64,000 nucleotides of DNA, taken from positions 192,001-256,000 of the forward strand of contig CAWHWQ010000001.1 in NCBI GenBank assembly GCA_963833095.1, read 5' to 3'. Within the stretch, counting starts at the first letter, position 1, and every line of letters starts with the position of its first letter. Below are positions 28,324-39,147 of the stretch, in pieces. The notes below the pieces were generated by a model. That model did no database searches. It saw only the letters and a program-made list of their open reading frames with translations, and was not told where the DNA came from. A program made the translations under genes and the position numbers. Source of the stretch: Vulcanimicrobiota bacterium (lineage in GTDB: Bacteria > Vulcanimicrobiota > Vulcanimicrobiia > Vulcanimicrobiales > Vulcanimicrobiaceae).

Positions 28324-28671
28324 ATGCAACCGGTTAACCCCAAATGGCTCGACAGCGGACTGGTTCTGGTCTGCGAGCGCTGTTTCAAGGAACGCATTCC
28401 CGAGGAAGCGCCCGAGGTCGCAGAGCGCATCGGCGACTTCAATTTGCGCGACTGGTTGAAAGCCAAGCTCAAAGAGCACGACGAGTGGGGTCCCATTCGT
28501 GTCATTGCCACTACCTGTATGGACGTCTGCGCCAAAGGTAAAGTAACGGTTTGTTTGGATTCGAAAAATGGCGATCCGGCAAGCGTACTTATCGTCGATC
28601 CCGTCGAAGAACGCGAAAAACTTTACGCGACCATTGTCGAATCGATGGGCAAAAAGGCCCGATCCCAGTAA
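28324..28671 (+). CDS. Thioredoxin-like (2Fe-2S) ferredoxin-family protein
   Basis: VLVCERC...TTCMDVC pattern. Confidence 0.6.
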   Translation: MQPVNPKWLDSGLVLVCERCFKERIPEEAPEVAERIGDFNLRDWLKAKLKEHDEWGPIRVIATTCMDVCAKGKVTVCLDSKNGDPASVLIVDPVEEREKLYATIVESMGKKARSQ

Positions 28672-28767
28672 ACCCTCAGGCTCCCCGGACCGAACACTTA
28701 TAAAGCATTCCTTGGAGTGCGGGTGTGTTCCAATACTTCCGTCCACTATGGGCAGGGGGCTATTTTC

Positions 28768-30262
28768 GTGGGACTCCTCGTACGTTTCGGGCACGTAGCA
28801 ATCGCGACCGCGCTCCTTCTTCCTCTGATCTCCTGGGCGCCGGCAACTGCCGACGCCATTGTCCGCATCGGCGGATCGACCAACGACACTCCGGCACTCA
28901 CCAAGATTGCGGCAGCATATCAAGCCGCCCATCCCGGAACAACAATCGCCATTAAAGGATCGAGCTCGGGTGAGGGCATCGCCGCGCTACGGGCGCGCTC
29001 GCTCGACATCGCATGCTCGGACGTCGCCATCGACGATCCGGACCTCATCGATACCAAGCTCGGCGTCGTCGGTTTCGTTTTTGTAGTCGGCGGCGGTGCC
29101 GGCGTAACGAATCTAACCCGTGCGGATGTTCAAGGAATTTATTCGGGTAAATTTACCAACTGGAAGCAGGTCGGCGGAAATGACCTTCCGATCGTTCCAT
29201 TTAGCCGGCCGCTCGGCGTCGGGACGCGGTTCATTTTCGAAACGACCGTCGCAAAGACGCTCGTCGATATGAAGACCCTCCCCGACGCAACCGCAGTCGT
29301 GAACACGGTCGCCACGACGCCCGGCGCTATCGGCTACAGTTCGACGAACTATGTCGGCGACCATCAGAATCTCGTCGTGAATTACGAAGGCGTAGCACCG
29401 ACCGATGTCAATATCGTCAACCACATCTATAAATTCGCGACCGACGAGCATGCGTACACGCTCAAGGATGCGACGCCCGAGACCCGCGCGTTTCTCGCGT
29501 ACGTCGCAACGCAGCCGGCAATTCTAAAATCCTACGGCATTCTTACCGCTGCCGACGCATCGCCGGCGAAGGCGCTGCGTGTCGAAGGCACGCTCAATCA
29601 AGCGACGCCGCTGCAAAAGGCCGCAGCCGCCTATCAACTGGCGCATCCGGGGTCGCTCGTTGAAGTCAAGGCTACCAATTCGGGCCAAGGCATTGCCGCC
29701 TTGCGCAACGGCGATACCGACGTCGCCGCATCCGATATTTCGGTCGACTATCCCGAGTTCGTGGATTCTACCATCGGCGTACTCGGCGTCGCCGTTCTTG
29801 CGGGCCCGCACGCCGGCGTAAAAAACATCACCCGCGATCAGCTCGTTGCGATCTACTCGGGCAAGATCAAGAACTGGAAGGAGATCGGCGGGGAAGACCA
29901 GCCGATCGTCGTTTTTGGCCGCGCGATCGGCACCGGAACGCGCATGCTCTTCGAGACGAAGGTCGCCAAAGTCGAGATCCCGACGCAGGATCCGGTCAAT
30001 CCGCTCGAGCTCGTGCATGACGTTGCGACGACGCCCGGGGCCGTCGGCTACATTGCCACATCATTCGTAGCCAATCAGCCGGAGCTCGTGTTGACCTACA
30101 ACGGCGTCGCACCGACCCCCGGAAACATTCGTAGCCACAGCCTACGAATTCTCGACCGACGAACATCTTTACACGCGCAAGGGCGGCCCGGCTGCGGCAC
30201 GCGCCTTTGTGACCTTCGTCACCTCGCAACGCGAGACGCTCGCCTCGTCAGGAATCTACTAA
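28768..30262 (+). CDS. Tandem two-domain PstS-like substrate-binding protein; frameshift near 30140
   Basis: Signal peptide and two repeats of SG.GI.AL...D.A.SD, IYSGK..NWK..GG.D, G.GTR..F. Confidence 0.82.
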
Positions 30263-30356
30263 AGGAACCGGCAACCACGAGCGACCCGGGCTTAACCTTC
30301 TTAACTATTTTACCGATCTATTACAAAGCGGGACACCCCGCTCTAAGGAGTTCCAT

Positions 30357-31135
30357 ATGAGATTCAACGCTCCGAGCGCTGGCCACAATGCTTGCCGCAG
30401 CACTTCTCCCGGCCGCCCTTACTCTCCGGCCGGTGCCGACCAAGCCATCGAGGTCGGCGGAACGACGAATCTCGCTCCGCTCGTGACGAAGGCTGCCGCG
30501 GACTATCAGAGTTCGCACCCCGGCGTCACGATCACCGTCAAGGGCAGCAGCTCAGGCGCTGGAATTGCCGCGCTCAAAGATCACCAAATCGACATCGCGA
30601 TGTCCGACGTCGCGGTCAACGATGACGATCTCAGCGACACCGTGCTCGGCGTCGTTGGATTCGCTTTTGTCGTCAATCCCGACGTCGGCGTCAAAAATCT
30701 CACGCGTGACGAACTCATCGGAATCTTTGCAGGCAAAATTACAAACTGGAAAATGATCGGCGGAAACGACCGCAAGATCGTCATCATCGGCCGTCGAGAT
30801 CGGCACCGGCACGCGGTTTGTCTTCGAAGACAAGGTCGCCAAAACGATGATTCCGATCAAAATAGAGGCCAACGCGACCGCGGTCGCAAACCACCGTCGC
30901 GCAACCTCCGGTGCGCTCGGATATCTCGCAAGCGGTTTCCTCGGACGACCATCAAGACATGGTCGTCTCGTATAAAGGGGTCGAGCCGACGCCGGACAAC
31001 ATCCGCAACCGCCTGTATTCGTTTGCGACCGACGAGCATCTGTACACGACGAAGAACGCGAACGGCGCGATCACCGCGTTCATCCAATACGTGAAAGGCG
31101 ACAGCGCAGTCCTCAAAGAGAACGGCGTCTTTTAA
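30357..31135 (+). CDS. Single-domain PstS-like substrate-binding protein; several frameshifts
   Basis: GSSSGAGI, IAMSD, GKITNWK.IGG.D, FATDEHLY; paralog of the upstream gene. Confidence 0.78.
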
Positions 31136-31151
31136 AAAAACAATCGGCGAA

Positions 31152-31189
31152 AAGAAAAAGAGGCTCCCGACTGGGAGCCTCTTTTTCTT
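31152..31189. terminator. Bidirectional terminator
   Basis: aagaaaaagaggctccc-gact-gggagcctctttttctt. Confidence 0.88.
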
Positions 31190-31261
31190 GGCGCTATCTA
31201 CACGATGCGGATGAAGTTCCAAGCACACGATGTGCGCCCGGCCGTAGGCCGGTGGAATCGT

Positions 31262-31906
31262 CTATTGAAATTCGAATTCCGCGAGGTTCTTCTCAATCTT
31301 TCGCTTCACGCGCTGGAGCGCGTTATCGATCGATTTCACGTGGCGCTCAAGATCGCGCGCCATCTCCTGGTAGCTCTTGCCTTCGAGGTAGGATTCGAGC
31401 ACCTGAGATTCCAGCTCGGAGAGATTCTGCCGGATACGCTGACGGATGTCATCGGAGACTTCCTGGGTGACCACGAGTTCTTCGGGGTCGGAGGTCTTCT
31501 GCGAGGCCATCACATCGAGGAGCGTGCGTTCGCTGTCCTCATCGTAGATCGGCTTGTTGAGCGAAATGTACTGATTGAGCGGAATGTGTTTTTGACGAGT
31601 CGCGGTTTTAATCGCCGTGATGATCTGCCGCGTGATGCACAGCTCGGCGAACGCGCGAAAACTCGAGAGCTTGTCAGCCTTGAAATCGCGCACGGCTTTA
31701 TAGAGGCCGATCATACCTTCTTGGATGATGTCCTCGCGGTCCGCGCCGATTAGGAAATAGCTCTTGGCCTTAATCCTGACGAAGTTCTTGTATTTGTTCA
31801 GTAGGTATTCCATCGCCAGATTGTCGCCGATTTTGCGATGGCGACGAGATCTTCGTCTGGTCTCTCGCTGTATTCAACCATCCGTCACGGGATGGGTCAT
31901 AGCCAT
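31262..31906 (-). CDS. sigH: RNA polymerase sigma factor SigH-type; indels in the N-terminal region
   Basis: YFLIGADREDIIQEGMIGLYKA, TATRQKHIPLN, KSIDNALQRVKRK. Confidence 0.95.
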
Positions 31907-31979
31907 AGTTTTTGCCTTCGTTGGTCGATGCGCCGCAAAACGCGGGCCGGAGCCTCATCGGGCGCGGCACATCCACGTG

Positions 31980-32006
31980 ATTATAGGAGGGGGTTCCCGC
32001 CGTCAA
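31980..32006 (-). promoter_or_regulatory. Putative sigma70 promoter of sigH
   Basis: TTGACG...TATAAT; the spacer reads 15 bp but contains homopolymer runs in an indel-rich region. Confidence 0.45.
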
Positions 32007-32027
32007 GCGCAGATTCGGTAGGCAAGG

Positions 32028-32842
32028 CTAGGGTGTTCGCTGCCGGAGCGCCTCATAAAGCAAGACGCCGGCCGCCACCGAGGCGTTCAGGGACTCGGTC
32101 CGGCCCCGCATCGGGATGCTGACCAGGTAGTCGCACTCCCGCCTCACCAGCGGAGCAGGCCCTCGCCCTCAGCGCCGATCACGAGCGCCAAATCGCGGTC
32201 GAAATCGATCTGCCCCATGGGCATCGATCCCTCACCGGCAGCTGCCCCGGCGACCCAGATCCCGGCCTTCTTGAGCGTCCGGATTGCCTCATTAACGTTG
32301 GCGACTCGGACGACGGGCAGATAGCCGGCTGCGCCGGCCGCAGCCTTACGGACCGTGGCGTTGACCCCGGCCGAGCGCCGCTCGGGCAAGATCACCGCAT
32401 CGGCCCCAGCACATTCAGCCGTTCGGATGATCGCCCCAACGTTGTGGGGATCGGTGAGGTGATCGAGGATCACGAAAAGCGCATGGCCGGTCTTCTTGGA
32501 TCCGATGACGTCCGGGAGGTCGCGTAATCAAACGGTGGCGCGATCGGCGACCACGCCCTGATGCGTCTTGAACGGAAGTTGCGTGAAGAACCCACGCGCC
32601 TCAAAGCGTACGGGAACGTTGTGCTCCTTCGCCTGCGCGATGATCTTGCGCAGCAGCGGGTCGCGCTTGCGATCGTCGGAGACGTGGATCGTGCGCAACT
32701 CGTCGCCGGCGTTAAGCGCCTCCTCGACGACGTGAATCCCATAGATCACATCGTCGAAATCGAGGCGCGGCTTCCGCGGCGGTCCACCGCGCGGCGGTCC
32801 ACCGCGCTGCGGCGGCCCCGGCTTTACTCTGCGACGGTCCAC
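32028..32842 (-). CDS. rlmB: 23S rRNA (Gm2251) methyltransferase; multiple frameshifts
   Basis: [49 protein letters not shown] fragments in shifting frames. Confidence 0.9.
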
Positions 32843-34249
32843 GTGGTTCCGTCCTTCGAATCCTTGATGGCGACGCCGGCACTGCGAGCGCATCACGCAA
32901 ACGATCCGATGCGGCCCAATCTTTGCTCGCGCGGGCGCGTGCACGCGCCTCGATCACCACGGCAATTGCTTCTTCTGCGCTCGCTCCGTTGAGCGAAAAC
33001 TCGTGACCAAGCTGCGCGCGTAAGCGCTCGAGCAGATCGAGGGCAGCGCGCGCTCGGCCTCGTGCGCCCAATCCTCGGTCGGTTCGATGCCGAGCAGCCA
33101 CAGCGCGCGTTCGAATTCCGCGCGCGATCCAGGCTGTGGGCTCCATTGCAACAGTTCAGCAAGTGCAACCGAGGTATTCATATCCTCGTCGAGCGCCGCT
33201 TCTATCCGTTCGATCAATCCCGTTGCGACGGGCGCTCCCGCGGGCAACGCGACGAGCGCGCGAAATGCTTTCTTTAAACGTTCGAGTGTGATATACGACG
33301 ATGCAAGCGACTCGTCGGTGAAGTTCATCACCTTGCTGTAACCCGTTGTCAGAAACGCCAGACGAATGGCCTGCGGATCGTGGCGCGCGAGCAAGTCTGC
33401 GAGCGGCTCGAAATTGCCCAGCGACTTCGACATCTTGCGCCCTTCGAAGTTGAGCAATCCCCCGTGAACCCAAAAGTTCGCCATCGGCGGATGAGGCATC
33501 AGCGGTTCGCTCTGCGCAATCTCGTTCTCGTGATGCGGGAAAATCAAGTCTGCACCCCCGCCATGGATGTCGAAGCCGGCGCCGGCGGGATCGAGCAACG
33601 CGCGCGACATCGCCGAACACTCGATGTGCCAGCCAGGGCGTCCGTCGCCATAGGGCTCAAATGGCCACTTCGGCTCGCCGGGTTTGGCGAATTTCCAAAG
33701 CGCAAAGTCAAGCGGATCTTTCTTGAACTCGCCGACTTCAATGCGCGCGCCCGCCTCCAATTCGTCGATCTTGCGATTGCTGAGGTCGCCGTATCGCGGA
33801 AAACTACGCACGTTGTAATAGATTCCGTCTTCAACGACGTAGGCGTTCCCGCGTTCGATAAGGTCGCGAATCATCGTCTGTATCTGTGGGACGTAGGCGG
33901 TCGCGTAAGGCTCTTCGTCGGGCTCCATCACGCCCAGGCGGCGCATCGAATCGTGAAACTCCTGATAGTAGCCGCGGACGATCTCGCGCCAGTCTTCGCC
34001 GGTCTCGCGCGCGCGGTTGATGCTGCGATCATCGATGTCGGTGACGTTCTGGACGTAGGTAACGTCGTAGCCCCTGTGCATGAGATACCGGCGCAGTAGA
34101 TCGAAAAACAAGAATGAGCGCGCATGGCCGAGGTGCGCCTGCGCCGAGGGCGTGAGGCCGCAAACATACACCCGCACTGCTTTGCCGTGCAGCGGAGTGA
34201 AGGTTTCCAGCGAGCGCGTACGAGTGTTGTAGAGCTTCAGATGACCCAC
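32824..34249 (-). CDS. cysS: Cysteinyl-tRNA synthetase; frameshifts in the C-terminal part
   Basis: [26 protein letters not shown]; tail ...[10 protein letters not shown] in another frame. Confidence 0.97.
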
Positions 34250-34920
34250 GACCAGGTCTCTTCGCCGTTCTCGCGTTCGACCTGTGCTAAGCGGGCCTCG
34301 AGCTGTTCGAGCCGGCGCTGTAAGTGGTTGATGGCGTCGGCGTTCGGATCGGGCATCTCAACTTGCGGACGATCCGGTACCGGACGCACGGGTTTGCCGT
34401 CCTGAGCCACAACGTGCGCGGGAATTCCAACAACCGTCGCGTTGGCCGGCACATCGCGCACCACGACCGAGCCGCTCCCGACGCGCGCGTTATCGCCGAC
34501 GACGATTGCACCCAGCACCACCGCGCTCGCGCCGACCGTGACGTTCTTTCCAAGCGTAGGATGGCGTTTGGTGTGCGCGAGGCTCGTGCCGCCCAGCGTA
34601 ACGCCTTGGTAGATCGTGCAGCCGTCGCCAACCTCGGCGGTCTCGCCCATGACCACACCCATCCCGTGATCGATGAAGACGCGTTGTCCGATCGTCGCGC
34701 CGGGATGGATCTCAATGCCGGTTAGAAATCGGGCGACGTGCGAGAGCCATCGAGGCAGCAGCGGAACGCCGAGCAGCCACAGCCGATGGGTCACGCGGTA
34801 CGCGGTGATTGCATGAAATCCCGGATAGGAGAGCACGACGTCGAGCCAGCCGCGCGCAGCGGGATCGCGTTCGATCGGGGCGTGAAGATCACTGAGAAAC
34901 GTTTCGATCGGTCCGGCCAT
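34237..34920 (-). CDS. cysE: Serine O-acetyltransferase
   Basis: RDPAAR, YPGFHA, GIEIHPGA, FIDHG.GVV.GET, KRHPT. Confidence 0.97.
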   Translation of the reverse strand: MAGPIETFLSDLHAPIERDPAARGWLDVVLSYPGFHAITAYRVTHRLWLLGVPLLPRWLSHVARFLTGIEIHPGATIGQRVFIDHGMGVVMGETAEVGDGCTIYQGVTLGGTSLAHTKRHPTLGKNVTVGASAVVLGAIVVGDNARVGSGSVVVRDVPANATVVGIPAHVVAQDGKPVRPVPDRPQVEMPDPNADAINHLQRRLEQLEARLAQVERENGEETWSWVI

Positions 34921-34925
34921 TGCCT

Positions 34926-35205
34926 AGGGAACCTCTGAAGACGTCGGTGTACCGATTGCGATCGGTCCTTTCGCATCAAGGCGAGGAGCGATGAGGGAGC
35001 GACGCCCAAGCGCATCGTGACCGACGCAGCAACGATGAATTGAGCGAAAAGACCGCTCGCCCTTCGGGCTTAAGCCGGAAATGCCCATATGCGTCGTCGC
35101 CGGATCCCTCACAGACCGCCGCGGGTATGCTTGGTCGCCGGCTTCTCGCATCTGATGCATTTCGGGCTTAAACAATCGGTGCATGGACGTCTCCAGAGAT
35201 TCCCT
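34926..35205. mobile_element. MITE-like element, 280 bp, with ~33-bp imperfect terminal inverted repeats
   Basis: Left agggaacctctgaagacgtcggtgtaccgattg vs reverse complement of right end agggaatctctggagacgtccatgcaccgattg; no internal gene. Confidence 0.7.
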
Positions 35206-35214
35206 CAGTCTAAC

Positions 35215-35765
35215 CTACGGGTCAACGCGCTTGGATTCAATCGTTTCGAAGGGCTTGCCGTCGGGGCCGAACTTGATCGGCTCCAGGCCGCGCCCGTGGA
35301 GCAGACGCGAATTCACCGCGCCGATGCGAATCAGCATCCGGTCATGGCCCAGTAAGGGGAAGAGGAGCTCGAGCGAAGGTCCCTCTTTCTCGCCGGTGAG
35401 GGCCATGCGTAGCGCAGCAAAAGCGTCGACCGGCGCGATTCCGAACTCGCCGGCAATGGCCGGAACGTCGTGCGCGAGCGGCAAGCCGCGCAGTTCGGGC
35501 TGATGATCGATATACTGTCCAATCGAGTCGAGAAAAAGAGAACGGAGCGCGTACGCAATCGCTCGAGTTCGAGCGCGGGAATCACGCACGACTCGGCGCG
35601 CAGCGCGGCAACAGAGGTGAACGCGTCATCGATGCGCGGCAAGCGATCACCGAACGCCTCGAGAAACGTATCGATCCAGCGAAGTGCCGCATCGGGCGCG
35701 GGATCCTCGAGAAAGCCCCAGCGCTGCATTGCCGTCAAGAGCTGCGCCCGCGTGATCGTCGTCAT
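35215..35765 (-). CDS. Stand-alone glutamyl-tRNA synthetase anticodon-binding-domain protein; frameshift near 35535
   Basis: C-terminal [23 protein letters not shown] motif; no HIGH/KMSK catalytic domain; ATG overlaps the ispF stop. Confidence 0.72.
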
Positions 35766-36244
35766 TGCGCGCCCCGCTCGAGCGACGCAACGGCGAACGC
35801 GGCGATGCCTGTACCATCGCCGGTGTAGCCCATGCCTTCGGTCGTCTTTGCTTTGACGCTGACGCACTCGAGCGGTAAGCCGAGACGCGTCGCGAGATGT
35901 TCACGCATGGCCCCAATATACGGCGCGAGCTTGGGGCGCTCGACGACGATCGTCGCATCCAGGTTCACGACGCGATAGCCCGCCTCGCGAACGCGCGCCA
36001 CGCACGCCTCGAGCAGAACCATCGAGTCGGCGTCCTTCCAGCGCGGATCGCTGTCGGGAAAATGCCCGCCCAGGTCCCCGAGCGCTGCGGCACCGAGCAC
36101 CGCGTCGGAGATTGCGTGCGCGAGAACGTCGGCATCGGAATGGCCAAGCGCCCCGCGATCGTGGGGAATCGTGATCCCGCCGAGGACCAATCGACGACCT
36201 TGCACCAATCGATGCGCATCGAAACCATGACCAAAGCGCGTCAT
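35762..36244 (-). CDS. ispF: MECDP synthase
   Basis: GHGFDAH, GHSDADV, VKAKTTE.MG. Confidence 0.97.
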   Translation of the reverse strand: MTRFGHGFDAHRLVQGRRLVLGGITIPHDRGALGHSDADVLAHAISDAVLGAAALGDLGGHFPDSDPRWKDADSMVLLEACVARVREAGYRVVNLDATIVVERPKLAPYIGAMREHLATRLGLPLECVSVKAKTTEGMGYTGDGTGIAAFAVASLERGAQ

Positions 36245-36915
36245 TGCAAGAGCACCGCCGCGCGCGCGACGTCGCCGGGATGCGTGACCTTGAAGTTCTC
36301 CGAGCTAGCCGGAACAATCGCCACGTCGATGCCGATCGCTTCGAGCAAGGCAACGTCGTCGGTTGCTTCGAGCGCCGCTGCCGATGCGGCGTCGTGCGCG
36401 CGCACGAGTTCTGAACGCATCGCGAATTGCGGCGTCTGCGCGGCCCAAAGCGTTCCGCGATCGAGCGTGCGCTGCACCAGCATGCTTTGCGGATCGACGA
36501 CTTTGATCGTGTCCACAACGGGAGCTGCCAAAACCGCCGCGCGGCCCGGCTGCACCTTACGCATGCCTGAGCGCACGTCATCGGCACGGACCAGTGGCCG
36601 CGCACCGTCGTGCACGAGCACCGCGTCGTACTGCGCCGGCAACGCGTCTAAGCCACAACGCACACTGGCTTGGCGCGTCGCGCCGCCGCCGACGACGGCG
36701 ACCTCGCACTGCGCGCAAAGCACGGTCGTCATATCTTTGACGGCATCGAGCCATTCACGCTCGGTCACGACTACGATTGCTCCGATTTCGGGCATTGCAG
36801 CTAGGGTTTCAAACGACCACGCAAGCATCGGGCGTCCGGCGATCTCGATCAGTTGCTTGGGACGGCCGAAACGCGTTCCGCGTCCGGCCGCAACGATCAC
36901 AGCGCCCCAATTCAT
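36241..36915 (-). CDS. ispD: MEP cytidylyltransferase
   Basis: [25 protein letters not shown]. Confidence 0.97.
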   Translation of the reverse strand: MNWGAVIVAAGRGTRFGRPKQLIEIAGRPMLAWSFETLAAMPEIGAIVVVTEREWLDAVKDMTTVLCAQCEVAVVGGGATRQASVRCGLDALPAQYDAVLVHDGARPLVRADDVRSGMRKVQPGRAAVLAAPVVDTIKVVDPQSMLVQRTLDRGTLWAAQTPQFAMRSELVRAHDAASAAALEATDDVALLEAIGIDVAIVPASSENFKVTHPGDVARAAVLLQ

Positions 36916-38012
36916 CGGGCCGCGGCGCTCGCGGCCTTGGGGCGCGCAAAGATCATTCGACCGGCAACGGTTTGCAGAACGCTCGTAACGACCACATCGG
37001 TGCTCGATCCAACAAAGCGCTTCCCTTGTTCTATGACGATCATCGTTCCGTCATCGAGATAGGCGACGCCTTGGTGCGCTTCCTTTCCCTCGCGAATGAC
37101 GTGCACGTGCAATTCCTCGCCCGGCAAAACCACGGGTTTGACGGCGTTGGCTAGCTCGTTGATGTTGAGCACCTCCACTCCCTCGACTTGCGCGACGCGA
37201 TTGAGATTGTAATCGTTGGTCAGGAGCCGCCCTGGCAGTTCGCGCGCGAGGCGCACCAACTTAGCGTCGACGTTCCCCGGTGGAAGATCGTCGTACTCGC
37301 GCTCGTAGATCTCGATCGCATGCAATTCTTGGAGTTTGGTCAGAGCCTCGAGTCCACGGCGCCCGCGCGTGCGGCGCTGCGGATCTTCGGAATCGGCAAT
37401 CGCTTGCAGCTCGCGGAGCACAAAGCGTGGCACGATCAGTGCGCCTTCTAAAAATCCGCTCTGCACGATCTCGACGACGCGCGCGTCGACGATCACCGAG
37501 GTATCGACGATCTTTGCGCCCCCACCGCTGCGCGGACCCCCGTCCTTAGAAACCAACGGCAGTAACCGGGTCTTCGCCCCCACGCGAGCGCCGAGATACG
37601 CGAAGAAAATCGTGACGATGAGATACAGCAAAATCGCAAGGTAGCTGCCCGCGCGTCCGGTGATTGAGATGAACTCGAAGAGAATGCTCTTAACCAGCAG
37701 CGCCGTTCCAAGACCAACGAGCAGTCCGATGGCGCCGCCCGCGATTTCGGCCGGCGCGAGCCGCTCGATCGCGCGTTCGACGAGATCGAGCTCGTCCTCG
37801 AAGAACGATTGCGCCAGCGGCGCGACGACAATGCCGATCAGCGCACCGACGACCGGGGAAAGGATCATCATCGTCCACTGCAACCAATCGCTTGCAAAGT
37901 GGAGCGAGAGTACGTTGACGTAGAGTTCGCGCCCGAGCAAAAAGCCCGTAATCGAAAAGAAGATTGCGAACACGGTGCGCAGCACCGTCGCGGAAAGATT
38001 GCCTGTGTTCAT
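36912..38012 (-). CDS. YacL-like membrane PIN/TRAM-domain protein
   Basis: TM region, DTSVIVDAR, RGRRGL, TNDYNL, YLDDGTM, GRMIFA. Confidence 0.92.
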   Translation of the reverse strand: MNTGNLSATVLRTVFAIFFSITGFLLGRELYVNVLSLHFASDWLQWTMMILSPVVGALIGIVVAPLAQSFFEDELDLVERAIERLAPAEIAGGAIGLLVGLGTALLVKSILFEFISITGRAGSYLAILLYLIVTIFFAYLGARVGAKTRLLPLVSKDGGPRSGGGAKIVDTSVIVDARVVEIVQSGFLEGALIVPRFVLRELQAIADSEDPQRRTRGRRGLEALTKLQELHAIEIYEREYDDLPPGNVDAKLVRLARELPGRLLTNDYNLNRVAQVEGVEVLNINELANAVKPVVLPGEELHVHVIREGKEAHQGVAYLDDGTMIVIEQGKRFVGSSTDVVVTSVLQTVAGRMIFARPKAASAAAR

Positions 38013-39139
38013 TCGAATACTACAAACGCTCCGCATACGTCGTTTGCGAAAAATCGCCCGCGTCTGGTCAACATGAGCCGATCGTCCTTGCGTTCGAGCA
38101 GGCCGTCGCTTTCGTACCGGGCGACGACAGGAGCGTATCGCTGGGCCACATCGACGCCGTAGCGCTCTTTGAACTCGCCCAGCGCAACCCCTTGCGCGGT
38201 GCGTAGCGCGATCATCACCGCCTCCCCCACTGCCTTGATTCCGCCCAAACGCTCGGCCTCACCGGGAATCGGGGCGTCCGATCTTGCTGCCGCCAGATAC
38301 GCGTCGAGATCGCGAGTATGCACGCTGCGCTCGCCATCGCGATAGGAGGCTGCGCCGACCCCGAATCCCGTGTATTCGCCGTTGCGCCAATAGTTTTCGT
38401 TGTGGGCGCAGCGATGCGCGGGACGCGCAAAGTTGCTGATCTCGTACTGTTCGTAGCCGGATTGCTCCAAGCGCCCGATTGCTATGTCGTAGAGATCGGC
38501 CTCGGCGGCATCATTCATAAAAGCGTCCGGATCACGTTCGCGCCAGTGCTCGTACGGCGTATCCGGTTCAACCGTTAAACCATAGGTCGAGATGTGATCC
38601 ACGCCGAGTTCAATCGCGCGCTCGAGCGAGTGCGTCCAGCTCTGCGGGGTTTGTCCCGGCACGGCAAACATCAGATCGATCGAGACCGAACGAATCTGCG
38701 CGGCGCGTGCTAGCGCGACGACACGTGTCACATCTGCCGGCGTGTGCTTTCTGCCGAGCGTCGCGATCTCGCTGGGCACGAATGACTGCACGCCGATCGA
38801 GACGCGATTGATGCCGGACGCGGCGTAGAGTGGAAAATCATCCTCGCGCACGAGTTCGGGATTGACCTCGATGGTGATCTCGCGCTCGAGGCCCGCGGAC
38901 GGAAAGCGCTCGCGTATGAGACGTGTGAGCGAAGCGACCTCATGCGCCTCGTATGCGTTGGGAGTCCCACCGCCGTAGAAGATCGTCGCGGCCGGCTCGC
39001 TCCGCGCGCAGGCAATCTCTGCGCGCAGCGCCTCCATGTAGGTCGTCGCGCGCGAACGCCGCATCGGCCACTTTGCGAAATCGCAATACGGGCAAATGTA
39101 CGGACAGAACGGCAGATGAACGTAAATTCCGAGCGGCAT
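38009..39139 (-). CDS. hemW: Radical SAM heme chaperone HemW
   Basis: YVHLPFCPYICPYCDF, GGGTP, YEISNF, HN..YW. Confidence 0.9.
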   Translation of the reverse strand: MPLGIYVHLPFCPYICPYCDFAKWPMRRSRATTYMEALRAEIACARSEPAATIFYGGGTPNAYEAHEVASLTRLIRERFPSAGLEREITIEVNPELVREDDFPLYAASGINRVSIGVQSFVPSEIATLGRKHTPADVTRVVALARAAQIRSVSIDLMFAVPGQTPQSWTHSLERAIELGVDHISTYGLTVEPDTPYEHWRERDPDAFMNDAAEADLYDIAIGRLEQSGYEQYEISNFARPAHRCAHNENYWRNGEYTGFGVGAASYRDGERSVHTRDLDAYLAAARSDAPIPGEAERLGGIKAVGEAVMIALRTAQGVALGEFKERYGVDVAQRYAPVVARYESDGLLERKDDRLMLTRRGRFFANDVCGAFVVFE

Positions 39140-39147
39140 GACCGGCC

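Noticed and set aside
32775..32820. 15-bp tandem repeat
   Set aside because: Encodes a low-complexity [11 protein letters not shown]-terminal tail of RlmB; not an array
32028..34249. cysS and rlmB as pseudogenes
   Set aside because: All motifs are present in shifting frames and cysS is normally essential; the pattern fits long-read indel errors
34921..35214. T-box riboswitch upstream of cysE
   Set aside because: No T-box consensus or terminator on the coding strand; the region is bounded by terminal inverted repeats instead
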